Source of the DNA: Bacillales bacterium UBA4951 | Lineage (GTDB): Bacteria > Bacillota_I > Bacilli_A > RFN20 > CAG-826 | Assembly: GCA_002397465.1 (NCBI GenBank) | Contig: DHAP01000001.1 | Coordinates: 8,449-72,448 of the forward strand | Direction: 5' to 3' | DNA length: 64,000 nucleotides | In this document: in pieces, positions 56,088 to 64,000 of the stretch | Numbering within the stretch: position 1 is the first letter of the stretch | Layout of the letters: every line of letters begins with the position of its first letter | Position numbers and translations under genes: made by a program | Notes under the pieces: generated by a model | Databases searched by the model: none | Told to the model about the DNA's origin: nothing | What the model saw: the letters and a program-made list of their open reading frames with translations, nothing else

Positions 56088-57371
56088 TTAGAGAAGCTCC
56101 TTCAAAAGGATGGTGCTGTCTTTGTCCGGCCCCACCGATATCATCGTCATCTTGACTCCGCTGAGACGCTCGATGCCGGCGATGTAGTCCTTGGCTTCTT
56201 TTGGTAGATCATCGTATTTTGAAACGCCGGAGATATCCTCTTTCCAGGATTTGAAGATCGCATAATGCGGTTTCACCCTCAAAAGGGTCTCGACGTTAGA
56301 AGGCATGCTCTCGATCTTTTTGCCATCGAGGTAATAGGCATCGACCACTTTGATCTCCTCCAAACCCGTAAGGACGTCGAGAAGCATCAAGGCCCCATAT
56401 GACATCCCTGAGACTCTTCTCACGTAATTGAGCTCGACCGCGTCCAGCCAGCCAATCCTTCTTGGACGGTGGGTGACGGTGCCATACTCATGGCCTTTTT
56501 CTCTGATTGCCGAGGCTAAGGACAAGTCTTCGATCTCACTGGGGAAAGGTCCCTCTCCCACCCTTGTCGTATAGGCTTTCACGATGCCGAGGACGTTGTC
56601 GACCGCATCAAGCGGAAGCCCGCAGTTAGACGGGATGGCGTTGGCAAGCGGCGAAGACGAGGTCACGTATGGGTAAGTCCCATCCGACAAATCGAGCATG
56701 GCTCCCTGAGCCCCCTCGAAAAGGATCTTCTTCTTGCTCTTTATGGCCTCGCTGAGAAACAAGGAAGTGTCCACGATGTGGCCTTTTAATTCCTCTGCCA
56801 ACTCCAGAAGTGACTTATAAAGCTCCTCTGGGTCATAGGTCTTGGCCCCATAGGCCGCAAGTTCGATGTTCTTGATCTTAAGGACGCTATAAAGTCTCTT
56901 CTTGAGATAATCTCTTTCCAAGAGGTCACCCATTCTTAAGGCGGTTCTTTCGGCCCTGTCTTCGTAAGCGGGCCCGATGCCTTTTCCAGTCGTCCCGATT
57001 TTCTCTTTTCCTAAGCAATTCTCGCGTGCCTTGTCCAAATCGATGTGGTAAGGCATGAGAATCGTGGCCTTCTCGCTGATCAAAAGCTTGAAGTCATTGA
57101 CCCCCGCTTCTTTGATTCCTTTTATCTCGTCTAGCAAGGCCCAGGGGTTGATGACGACCCCGTCCGCCAAAATATTGGTGACGTTCTTGTTGAAGACCCC
57201 GCTTGGGAGGAGTCGCAAAGCGTATCTTTTCTCATGATGGACGATTGAATGCCCGGCGTTGTTGCCGCCTTGGCTGCGGACCACCACATCGGCTTTCGAG
57301 GCATAGAAATCGGTGATTTTGCCCTTTCCCTCGTCACCCCACTGCGAACCCTGAATCGCTAAGCTTGGCAT
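56088..57371 (-). CDS. purA: adenylosuccinate synthetase
   Basis: Start MPSLAIQGSQWGDEGKGKITD (ATG 57371); GDEGKGK P-loop. Confidence 0.85.
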   Translation of the reverse strand: MPSLAIQGSQWGDEGKGKITDFYASKADVVVRSQGGNNAGHSIVHHEKRYALRLLPSGVFNKNVTNILADGVVINPWALLDEIKGIKEAGVNDFKLLISEKATILMPYHIDLDKARENCLGKEKIGTTGKGIGPAYEDRAERTALRMGDLLERDYLKKRLYSVLKIKNIELAAYGAKTYDPEELYKSLLELAEELKGHIVDTSLFLSEAIKSKKKILFEGAQGAMLDLSDGTYPYVTSSSPLANAIPSNCGLPLDAVDNVLGIVKAYTTRVGEGPFPSEIEDLSLASAIREKGHEYGTVTHRPRRIGWLDAVELNYVRRVSGMSYGALMLLDVLTGLEEIKVVDAYYLDGKKIESMPSNVETLLRVKPHYAIFKSWKEDISGVSKYDDLPKEAKDYIAGIERLSGVKMTMISVGPDKDSTILLKELL

Positions 57372-57464
57372 GGAAAAAACCCTCCTAGGTTGGACGTCTG
57401 GCGATGCCTGTAACAAGAAAGTCTTATTACCTATGAAGTCTAGCACTTCTTTTTTTCTTTCCAA

Positions 57465-57499
57465 CTCCAAAAAAGGCTTGGCGTCAGGAGCCAAGCCCA
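57465..57499 (-). terminator. rho-independent terminator of the ZIP transporter gene
   Basis: ggcttggc-tcctgac-gccaagcc hairpin followed (on the minus strand) by T6. Confidence 0.7.
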
Positions 57500-57518
57500 A
57501 GAGTCACATGAAAGCGCT

Positions 57519-58316
57519 TCAAAGAAGGATTTCAAGAGCCAGCATGATCAAAAATCCGATGAGGAACGACCAGAGCCCGTAATGGGAATGCTTGCCTTGG
57601 ATCGAAGTCGGGATCAGCTCATCAAGCGTGACGTAGAACATGGCCCCAGCGGCCAAAGACAAAAGCCATGGGACGGTTGAGACAAGATACTGGGCGAGGA
57701 ACAATCCGATGATGCCCGCTATCGGTTCGACGATGCCGGAGAACATCCCGAACAGGAAGCTCTTGTTTTTGGAATAGCCGACGTCGAGCATCGGGATGCT
57801 CACGGCCGCCCCCTCTGGGAAGTTCTGAATGGCGATGCCTATCGCAAGCGCCAAAGCCCCGGCCATCGAGGCGCTCGAATGGTCGGCTAGGGCAATGCCA
57901 CATGCAAAGCCCACCGACAAGCCTTCTGGGATGTTATGCATCGTGACGGCCAAAAAGAATTTGGTGCTCTGGGTGAGTTTTTCGTTGGAAAGACCCTCTT
58001 CCTCATGCCTATCCATATGAAAATGAGGAACCACCTTGTCAAGCAGGGTCATGAACAAACATCCGATCAAAAACCCGCCGATGACCGGCAAAGCCGCCAA
58101 ATATTTGTTGGAATAGAGTTCGTTTGACTTCTCGATCGACGGAAGTATCAGCCCGAATATCGATGCCGATATCATGATTCCGCCAGCCCCGCCGAGAATG
58201 ATGCTGCTGGTTTTTTCGCTGAGCCCCTTCTTGAAGAAATAGACCATCGCCGCCCCAAGGGTCGTGGCGGCGAATATCAACGCCAAAGAGAATATCGACA
58301 GAGTTACTTCATTCAT
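57519..58316 (-). CDS. ZIP family metal (Zn/Fe) transporter
   Basis: 265 aa, 8 TM; HNIPEGLSVG motif; start overlaps the stop of the giant helicase gene (ATGA). Confidence 0.8.
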   Translation of the reverse strand: MNEVTLSIFSLALIFAATTLGAAMVYFFKKGLSEKTSSIILGGAGGIMISASIFGLILPSIEKSNELYSNKYLAALPVIGGFLIGCLFMTLLDKVVPHFHMDRHEEEGLSNEKLTQSTKFFLAVTMHNIPEGLSVGFACGIALADHSSASMAGALALAIGIAIQNFPEGAAVSIPMLDVGYSKNKSFLFGMFSGIVEPIAGIIGLFLAQYLVSTVPWLLSLAAGAMFYVTLDELIPTSIQGKHSHYGLWSFLIGFLIMLALEILL

Positions 58317-61300
58317 GAGTCTTCTTTTAATCCCCTCCGAAGGCTATGGCTATCGATGCCGTATTTCAAGCTATATGCAATCTTGCCCTTCACTTTGTCG
58401 TTAACCACCATTAACCCCATCTTGTTGGAGACGATTCTGATGAGATCGCCTTTGGAGATGCTGCCTTGGGCCTCAAGGCATTTGTTGATCATGAAGAGGA
58501 TCTCCTCCTTGGAGATGTCATAGACGTCACGCTCCGAAACCCGGAAGCTCTTGATGAGGTGGGTCATATTATTCGCGTCCCAATAGAAAGAGACGCCTTG
58601 GTAATCGTCCGAAAGCGAATATGAGCAGAACGAGAGATTGAGCCTGATGATGGAATCGAGTTTGGGTCCGATTCTCTTGACCCCGAAGACCAGTCTCATC
58701 CTTTCTTTGAGAGTCTCATAGCTGAGCGGCTGTTCCTGGAGGATGATCGCGCCGATCATCGTGACAAGCTCTGGGTATTTGACGGCTTTGATGAGATTAG
58801 TCGAGTCCCAAAGCTTGTTTGGAAGCTGATATGGGACGTAGGTGGAAAGGCAGTAATCGAATTCCTTGTTCTCCCTAACCATCTTGGGGTTCGGCGTGGA
58901 TATCCGGCCTTTTTTGGGGTCGCGTTCCTCATTGAGGGCGCTGACGATCCTTTCGACGGTCTTCTCGGGGTAACGGAAATAATCGAGCGAATAGACGTGG
59001 ATCAATTTCCATTCCAAAGAGGAGAGGACGCTGGTCTCGATGTAGTAACGGTCATTCAACGAGACGTTCTCGTTAAGCGGCTTCTCGTCGAGTATCACGC
59101 CCAATGAGTATTCCTTGCTGATGGGGTCTTTGACCGCCAAGTCGAGCTTGAAGTCGCTCTTGCCGACGTCGATGTCGCTGTAGTAGCCGAGCTTAAAGAG
59201 GTCTCGCCTGATGTAGGAGGCGATGTTCTTCTTGTTGTCTTTCTCTTTTGCTAGGTCAGGTAGCTCACCCTTCTCGGCGTAGAGAAGGAACTGCCTGAGG
59301 TAATAGGCGCCCTGGTTCTTTTTGTTGGACACGTCGATGTCTGAATAATGGATGGTCGAGACGACGACCATCTTGCTCTTGCTTCTTGAGGTGGCGACAT
59401 TGAGCCTTCTTTCGCCTTTCTCAAGCATGATCGGGCCTTGGAGGACGGCCTTGCCGTCTTTGCCCTTCCTGAATCCGATCGAAAGGAAGATGATGTCCCT
59501 CTCGTCGCCCTGGACGTTCTCGAGGTTCTTGACGAAGGGCTTGTCCTCGTTCATGTAGGCTTTCTCTTTGTAACGCGGGTTCTTCTCGAGGAAGGAGTCG
59601 ATCTCATCCTGGAGTTTGTTCTGCTGTTTGAGGTTGAAGACGATGAAACCATAGCTCTTGCCGGCGTTCTCGTCCTTGTCGAGCTCTTTTTTGAAGGAGG
59701 TGAGCAAGGCCTCTATTTCCTCTTTCGAGAGGGCGTTGCTGGCCTTTTCCTTCTTGAGGTCCACGTAGGTATATTCGACGTGGGAGCTAAGCGAGTCCTT
59801 GGATGGGAAGGTGAAAAGATCATCATGGTAGAAGTTGGCGTTTGAGAAGGCGATGAGGCTCTCGTGGTGCGAACGGTAATGGTAGGAAAGCCTTCTCCGT
59901 GGCATCTCGATGGAAAGGCAGTCGTCGAGCAAGCTCTCGGCGTCCTCCAATTCAATGTCGTTGTCCTCTTCGTCGAGGTTGGTCTGGAAGTAATTGGAAG
60001 GAGGCATCTGCTCCGGGTCGCCTGAGACGACGAGGGCGTTTCCCCTCGCGATGGGGCCGATGGCTTCGGATGTCGGAATCTGAGAGGCCTCGTCGAAGAT
60101 GACGACGTCGAATTTCTTCGAGTCGACGTCAAGATACTGGGCGCTCGATAACGGGGACATCAGGAACAATGGGAAGTACATGCGGAAATACTCCTCGTAC
60201 TTGTCCATCGCATTCCGCAAGGACATGCCCCTGCCGCCCTTGGAGATGAGTTTCTTCAGCATCCCAATCGGGGTCGAAGGGGCGAATTTCGTGGTGTTGG
60301 AGACGAAACGGCTGGAAAGGCGGTTAGCCACCTCTTCGATCAAAAGGTCGTTATACTCCGAGATCAGATCCTGATAATGGGAGATGAGGGAGTTATAGGA
60401 CTCGCTGGAGAAATAGTTGACGTAATCGTCTTGGAAATATTTCTCGATGTAGCGTTTTGAGAGGGCACTCGAATAGAGGTCATGGAGGTCCTCGACGCGG
60501 TATTCGTCATTCTTCACGCCTTCGACCAACGAGGATAAGCCCATCTCCACGAGAGGCTTGGACTTGAAGTTGAACGAGGAGATGGCGATGAGCTCGTCAA
60601 AGTTTTTCTTCTCGCCGACGAACGAGAAGAAGGCGGAGTATTCGCCGAAGAAGTCTTTCTTTCCGATCTTCTGATATTCAAGCGAGTACCTGGATGAGAA
60701 AAGCGACTCGGTTGATAAGAAAGCTGATAACGCCTTATGGAAATCCTGATAAAGAAGGAAGAACGAGGGATCTTTCTTCTTCGCAAGGTTGATGTAGCCC
60801 CCTAACGTCGAGGCATAGCTCTTCGACAAGGTCAACGAATCAAAGATGGCAAAGAAGGCGACGTGGTTCTGATAGACCTCTTTCTCTTCTTGGGCCTTTA
60901 TTGGGTTCTCGAGCAAATCGATGGATGAGAAGTCGTTGAGCTTGGCCAAAGAAGGCGTGAGTTTGCCTTTTAATTCCTGATATTCCTTGATGAGGGTCAA
61001 TGAGGGGATTATTTCTTCTTTCTTCAGTTTCTCATCGTTCTTCAAGGCCCCTTTAAGAGCTTTCTTGCCCTTCTTGAGGGCTTTGTGGCGTTTGAAGAAA
61101 CCGTCCGCGGAGTTGATGTCATTGAGATAACTAGCCCCATCGATGGCCTCAAAGGCCTTTCTTTCGTAATGATTGAGGGAAGTCACTATCTCATTCATTC
61201 TGATGAGCTCGTCGAACGAGGAAAGCAGAACATCTTTGTCTTCAAGGAACGAGAGATCGGATAGTTTGTCCAAATGCATCTTCTTCTCTAAAAGATAAGA

Positions 61301-64000
61301 GAACAATGAATCGTATTTGCTTAAGCTCTCCCTTACGAAAACGTCGTCGTATTTGATGGCCTTGCCGAAAGCGTTCTTGCTTTTCCTCAGTTTCGGAAGA
61401 AGCGAGGAAAACTCCCCGATGGCGTCATAGAAACCGTCTTTGTCGAGATAAGAGAAACTCGAGAAGGAGAATCTCTTGAAGGGATTGTGGTTGAAATCGC
61501 TTAAGGAGGAGGAAGAGTCGATGAGTTCATCGATCGCTTTATTAACCGCCTCGTCTTTCTTTTCGTCATAGGAGTCGAGGAATCCCTCTGGCAAAACGTA
61601 TTTGCCCTCATAGCTCTTATGAAGGGTCGACTCTTTGATGGCCTCGTATAAAGATAAGACGTTGTCCCCTCTTTCGTGGAGGTTGGAAAGCTCTTTGGAC
61701 AGCTCGCTTTTTTCGAGGTTGATCCTCTCGGCTTCCTTCTTGAATTCATCAGGCGCCAAAAGGCTTCCGGTCTCCATGGAAGCGGAGAGCTGGGAATAGA
61801 CGCTTTGCTTATTGGCTTTCGAGGAATAAAGCTCTAGGGCGAAACGCCCGAGCTTCAGTTTGTCGAGCCTTTCTTTGACGACGGAAAGAGCCGCCATCTT
61901 CTCGGCGACGAAAAGGACGCTCTTGCCTTGGTAGAAAGCGTTGACGATCATGTTGACGATCGTCTGGCTCTTGCCGGTTCCCGGAGGCCCGTCCAGGATG
62001 AACGACTCACCCCTGCCAGCCGCCAAAATGGCCCGTAGCTGGGTGGAATCATATGGTAGAGGCGCGGCGAAATCGCCGGCTTTGTCCATTTCTTCGATGG
62101 AGACATCCGGTTCTTTCGAGGGCTCAAGGAGGCTCTTGTTTTCTAAAAGCGATTGGATGAATGGGCTGGACTCAAGGCTCTTTCTTCTCCGTCTGATGTC
62201 ATTCCACATGACATAGTGGGCAAAGGTGAAGTTGGCGATGAAGATGCTGTTCTCGTCGACGGAGACGTCCCCTATCCTCTCTTTTTTGAGGGTGGTGACG
62301 ATATCGGCGTAGCTCATCTTGGAGTTCACGCCATAGAAAGCGCTGTAATCGTTGCCAGTCGTGGCCTTGTAGTACTCAAAGAAGGTCATGTTGATGAGCA
62401 AATCATCGAAATCATACCCAAGCTGATATCCGTTATTGCCCTTGAGTTTGGCTAATCTAATTGGAAGAAGCAAGAACGGGGCTTGCGAATGGGCGTCCCA
62501 GGTGAGCAAGCCAAAGCAAAGGTAAATCGTTGAGGCGCCCGTTTCCTCGAGGGCGCTGTCGGAAGCCTTGATGAGACGCTTGAGGCTCTTCTCGTCGCTC
62601 CGGCAATAGACGATGCCCTTTTCGAGCATTTCCTTGGCGTTATCCAACAAGCCATCGCTGAAGGGGTCGCTGTTCGTGCCATCTAAGGGCGAAGAGAACA
62701 GACGGAGCTCAAAAGAGCCCTTCTCGTCGTTCTTCATGTGCTCGTATAGGGATTTGCCTGAGTCTGAGAGGATGATGGCCGCGTTGGAGCTGTCTTTGTT
62801 GAAATGGAAGTTGACGAGTTTGTTGCCCATCGAGAGATCGAGGAGCTTCTTTTCCCAGGTGGCGAAACGGTCAAGGCTCACTTCTTTCGTGACGTCTTGG
62901 TAAGAGGCTTCTTCGATGTGGGTGATCTCTTCTTTCTTGAGTTCGACTGGCTTGATCGAGAAATCGATGTCCCCTTCTTCATTCGCGATGGGGAGTGGCT
63001 TCAGATAGGAAAGGTGGCATCTATTGATGTCGACCGCGTAGAAGCCGCCGCGATATCCGCGGAGTTTCTCTTCTCCTAAGTGCATGGCCCTTTGGAAGGA
63101 AGAATCGCTGTCGCTCGTGAGGCAGGTCGCCTCAATCAAGACGATCGACTTATCGTCGCCGCTGGCTTTGTTATAAATGGCCGATGGCGATTTTTCGACG
63201 TAATCAAAAGAATCGTCCTTCTTGAGGAAGAAGCCGCAGATGGCATGCCCATCAAGAAGTATGAGAAGCGAATGGAGCCCGACGTTTTCAAGGGCGGAGC
63301 ATAGAAGAATGGCAAGATCTAAGCAAGTCCCCTCTTTCTCCGACAAGACCTGGTTAGGAAGGCGGACTTTCTGAAAGGCGTCGATCTTGCTCGGCGGGTT
63401 CATGTAGGCGATTCCGACCTGATGAAGCGCGGAATATAGGCATCCGGCCTCCTCGATTGTGGAATTGGGGTCTTCGTTCTGATAGGCGAGAAGAGGCAAG
63501 TCCTTGTGTTCTTTTATGGCATCGAGGCTTACTTTGTTGAGGGCGGGGAAATCATCGATGACGAACTTAGATAATAGGAGTGAGGTTTTCTCGATGCTGC
63601 CGGCAAGCTGGTTCAAAGGCAAAACCTTGAAGCTTTTCTTACCGGAGAAAATGACGTTTCCGCTGCCTTTGTCGATCACCGAATAATTGATGGTCGAGAC
63701 ATCGATTCCGTTTTGCTTGTAGAGCTTCTCGCCGTCCACTTTGAAAGGCATCTCGAAATGGAGGATGCCATTGCTCTTGGCAGCCACCCCTTCAAGAGGG
63801 ATGATCGCTGAGGAGAAGATAGGGTTGGAGAAATCCAAAGCCAGCTCTAACTCAGGATAGGAAACATCGCTGTCATTGACGTATTTGAGGCCTCGTATCA
63901 AAGAAAAAACCGTCTCTGGCAACTCATCGCTGGATGAGTGGATGATGGCGTCGGTATGGTATTCGCTATAGGAAAAGGAGGAGTTGACGTCGAGATCGAA
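58313..64000 (-). CDS. giant Upf1-like superfamily-1 helicase (DUF4011-like N-region, AAA_11/AAA_12 core, PD-(D/E)xK-like and DUF3320-like C-region); 5' partial
   Basis: The frame is open from 64000 (the track start at 63922 is a TTG; upstream codons are in frame with no stop). Walker A ILDGPPGTGKSQTIVNMI; motif II VIFDEASQ; VVSGDPEQMPP; motif VI NVATSRSKSKMVVVST; then DFKLDLAV...LGVILDEKP (D-E-K) and a C-terminal DUF3320-like tail. The N-terminus carries EGTCLDLAILLC...GLHSLLILLDGHAICGF (possible Cys/His fold). Confidence 0.7.
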   Translation of the reverse strand, partial: FDLDVNSSFSYSEYHTDAIIHSSSDELPETVFSLIRGLKYVNDSDVSYPELELALDFSNPIFSSAIIPLEGVAAKSNGILHFEMPFKVDGEKLYKQNGIDVSTINYSVIDKGSGNVIFSGKKSFKVLPLNQLAGSIEKTSLLLSKFVIDDFPALNKVSLDAIKEHKDLPLLAYQNEDPNSTIEEAGCLYSALHQVGIAYMNPPSKIDAFQKVRLPNQVLSEKEGTCLDLAILLCSALENVGLHSLLILLDGHAICGFFLKKDDSFDYVEKSPSAIYNKASGDDKSIVLIEATCLTSDSDSSFQRAMHLGEEKLRGYRGGFYAVDINRCHLSYLKPLPIANEEGDIDFSIKPVELKKEEITHIEEASYQDVTKEVSLDRFATWEKKLLDLSMGNKLVNFHFNKDSSNAAIILSDSGKSLYEHMKNDEKGSFELRLFSSPLDGTNSDPFSDGLLDNAKEMLEKGIVYCRSDEKSLKRLIKASDSALEETGASTIYLCFGLLTWDAHSQAPFLLLPIRLAKLKGNNGYQLGYDFDDLLINMTFFEYYKATTGNDYSAFYGVNSKMSYADIVTTLKKERIGDVSVDENSIFIANFTFAHYVMWNDIRRRRKSLESSPFIQSLLENKSLLEPSKEPDVSIEEMDKAGDFAAPLPYDSTQLRAILAAGRGESFILDGPPGTGKSQTIVNMIVNAFYQGKSVLFVAEKMAALSVVKERLDKLKLGRFALELYSSKANKQSVYSQLSASMETGSLLAPDEFKKEAERINLEKSELSKELSNLHERGDNVLSLYEAIKESTLHKSYEGKYVLPEGFLDSYDEKKDEAVNKAIDELIDSSSSLSDFNHNPFKRFSFSSFSYLDKDGFYDAIGEFSSLLPKLRKSKNAFGKAIKYDDVFVRESLSKYDSLFSYLLEKKMHLDKLSDLSFLEDKDVLLSSFDELIRMNEIVTSLNHYERKAFEAIDGASYLNDINSADGFFKRHKALKKGKKALKGALKNDEKLKKEEIIPSLTLIKEYQELKGKLTPSLAKLNDFSSIDLLENPIKAQEEKEVYQNHVAFFAIFDSLTLSKSYASTLGGYINLAKKKDPSFFLLYQDFHKALSAFLSTESLFSSRYSLEYQKIGKKDFFGEYSAFFSFVGEKKNFDELIAISSFNFKSKPLVEMGLSSLVEGVKNDEYRVEDLHDLYSSALSKRYIEKYFQDDYVNYFSSESYNSLISHYQDLISEYNDLLIEEVANRLSSRFVSNTTKFAPSTPIGMLKKLISKGGRGMSLRNAMDKYEEYFRMYFPLFLMSPLSSAQYLDVDSKKFDVVIFDEASQIPTSEAIGPIARGNALVVSGDPEQMPPSNYFQTNLDEEDNDIELEDAESLLDDCLSIEMPRRRLSYHYRSHHESLIAFSNANFYHDDLFTFPSKDSLSSHVEYTYVDLKKEKASNALSKEEIEALLTSFKKELDKDENAGKSYGFIVFNLKQQNKLQDEIDSFLEKNPRYKEKAYMNEDKPFVKNLENVQGDERDIIFLSIGFRKGKDGKAVLQGPIMLEKGERRLNVATSRSKSKMVVVSTIHYSDIDVSNKKNQGAYYLRQFLLYAEKGELPDLAKEKDNKKNIASYIRRDLFKLGYYSDIDVGKSDFKLDLAVKDPISKEYSLGVILDEKPLNENVSLNDRYYIETSVLSSLEWKLIHVYSLDYFRYPEKTVERIVSALNEERDPKKGRISTPNPKMVRENKEFDYCLSTYVPYQLPNKLWDSTNLIKAVKYPELVTMIGAIILQEQPLSYETLKERMRLVFGVKRIGPKLDSIIRLNLSFCSYSLSDDYQGVSFYWDANNMTHLIKSFRVSERDVYDISKEEILFMINKCLEAQGSISKGDLIRIVSNKMGLMVVNDKVKGKIAYSLKYGIDSHSLRRGLKEDS

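Noticed and set aside
57372-57518. Looked for a purine riboswitch upstream of purA
   Set aside because: The leader contains only the ZIP-gene terminator and a short promoter/RBS; no UAUA...GUUUCUACC purine-aptamer core.
1-64000. CRISPR arrays, cas genes, integrase/transposase genes
   Set aside because: No regularly spaced short direct repeats and no Cas, tyrosine/serine recombinase or transposase-like ORFs are visible on either strand. The only repeats found are the att-like and RhuM-fragment repeats described.

Overview
This 64 kb window looks like a chromosomal segment from a low-to-moderate-GC anaerobic Firmicutes or Mollicutes-related bacterium, possibly an Erysipelotrichia- or Acholeplasma-like lineage. 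That placement is an inference from rubrerythrin, an Rnf complex with ApbE, lipobox lipoproteins, a PhnCDE/p37-like transporter and cytoplasmic 'zinc-dependent phospholipase C family' proteins. The standard genetic code is in use (TGA stop, TGG Trp). Genes are densely packed, mostly on the minus strand, and several neighbours overlap as ATGA so they are likely translationally coupled.

Gene content, left to right:
- 1-2729: a GT2 (3' partial), GT8 and lysophospholipid-acyltransferase-like operon, with a divergent membrane-anchored XRE regulator.
- 3497-11149: rimO, malQ, the Leloir genes galK-galT-galM and an Fe-alcohol dehydrogenase.
- 11168-15854: cardiolipin synthase, a zinc-dependent phospholipase C (Zn-PLC) family protein, a glycoside-pentoside-hexuronide (GPH) family major-facilitator permease and an AAA_33 kinase.
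- 15867-19795: a PhnCDE-type ABC transporter.
- 20138-22536: a MATE efflux pump and a short-chain dehydrogenase/reductase.
- 22776-25343: a lysine riboswitch with attenuator controlling an amino-acid ABC transporter.
- 25389-25546: tRNA-Phe and tRNA-Asp.
- 25676-26218: rubrerythrin.
- 26327-28970: a second GT4 and acyltransferase operon with a co-translated membrane protein.
- 29767-29843: initiator tRNA-Met.
- 29952-42006: a galactoside/glycan-utilisation cluster with GH36 alpha-galactosidase, GH2, a GPH symporter, two TetR regulators, a DUF2804-like protein, an NAD epimerase, a second Zn-PLC paralog and an APH-family kinase.
- 42083-46411: a decayed integrative-element remnant next to a tRNA-Ser/Ile(UAU)/Met/Ala cluster. 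It carries an HTH-HIT-pyrophosphatase-like fusion repressor, a frameshifted RhuM gene, a GC-rich frameshifted nucleoside phosphorylase and a YefM-YoeB toxin-antitoxin pair. It is flanked by direct repeats of a tRNA-like 3' end plus hairpin.
- 46934-53886: an Rnf operon rnfCDGEA with a small Cys-rich protein, a ferredoxin-less RnfB, ApbE, a NusG-II protein and a Gx transporter.
- 54710-57371: tRNA-Arg(UCG), purB and purA.
- 57519-58316: a ZIP metal transporter.
- 58313-64000: a giant (>1890 aa, 5' partial) Upf1-like SF1 helicase with nuclease-like and DUF3320-like C-terminal regions.

No CRISPR array, integrase or recognisable transposase is present.
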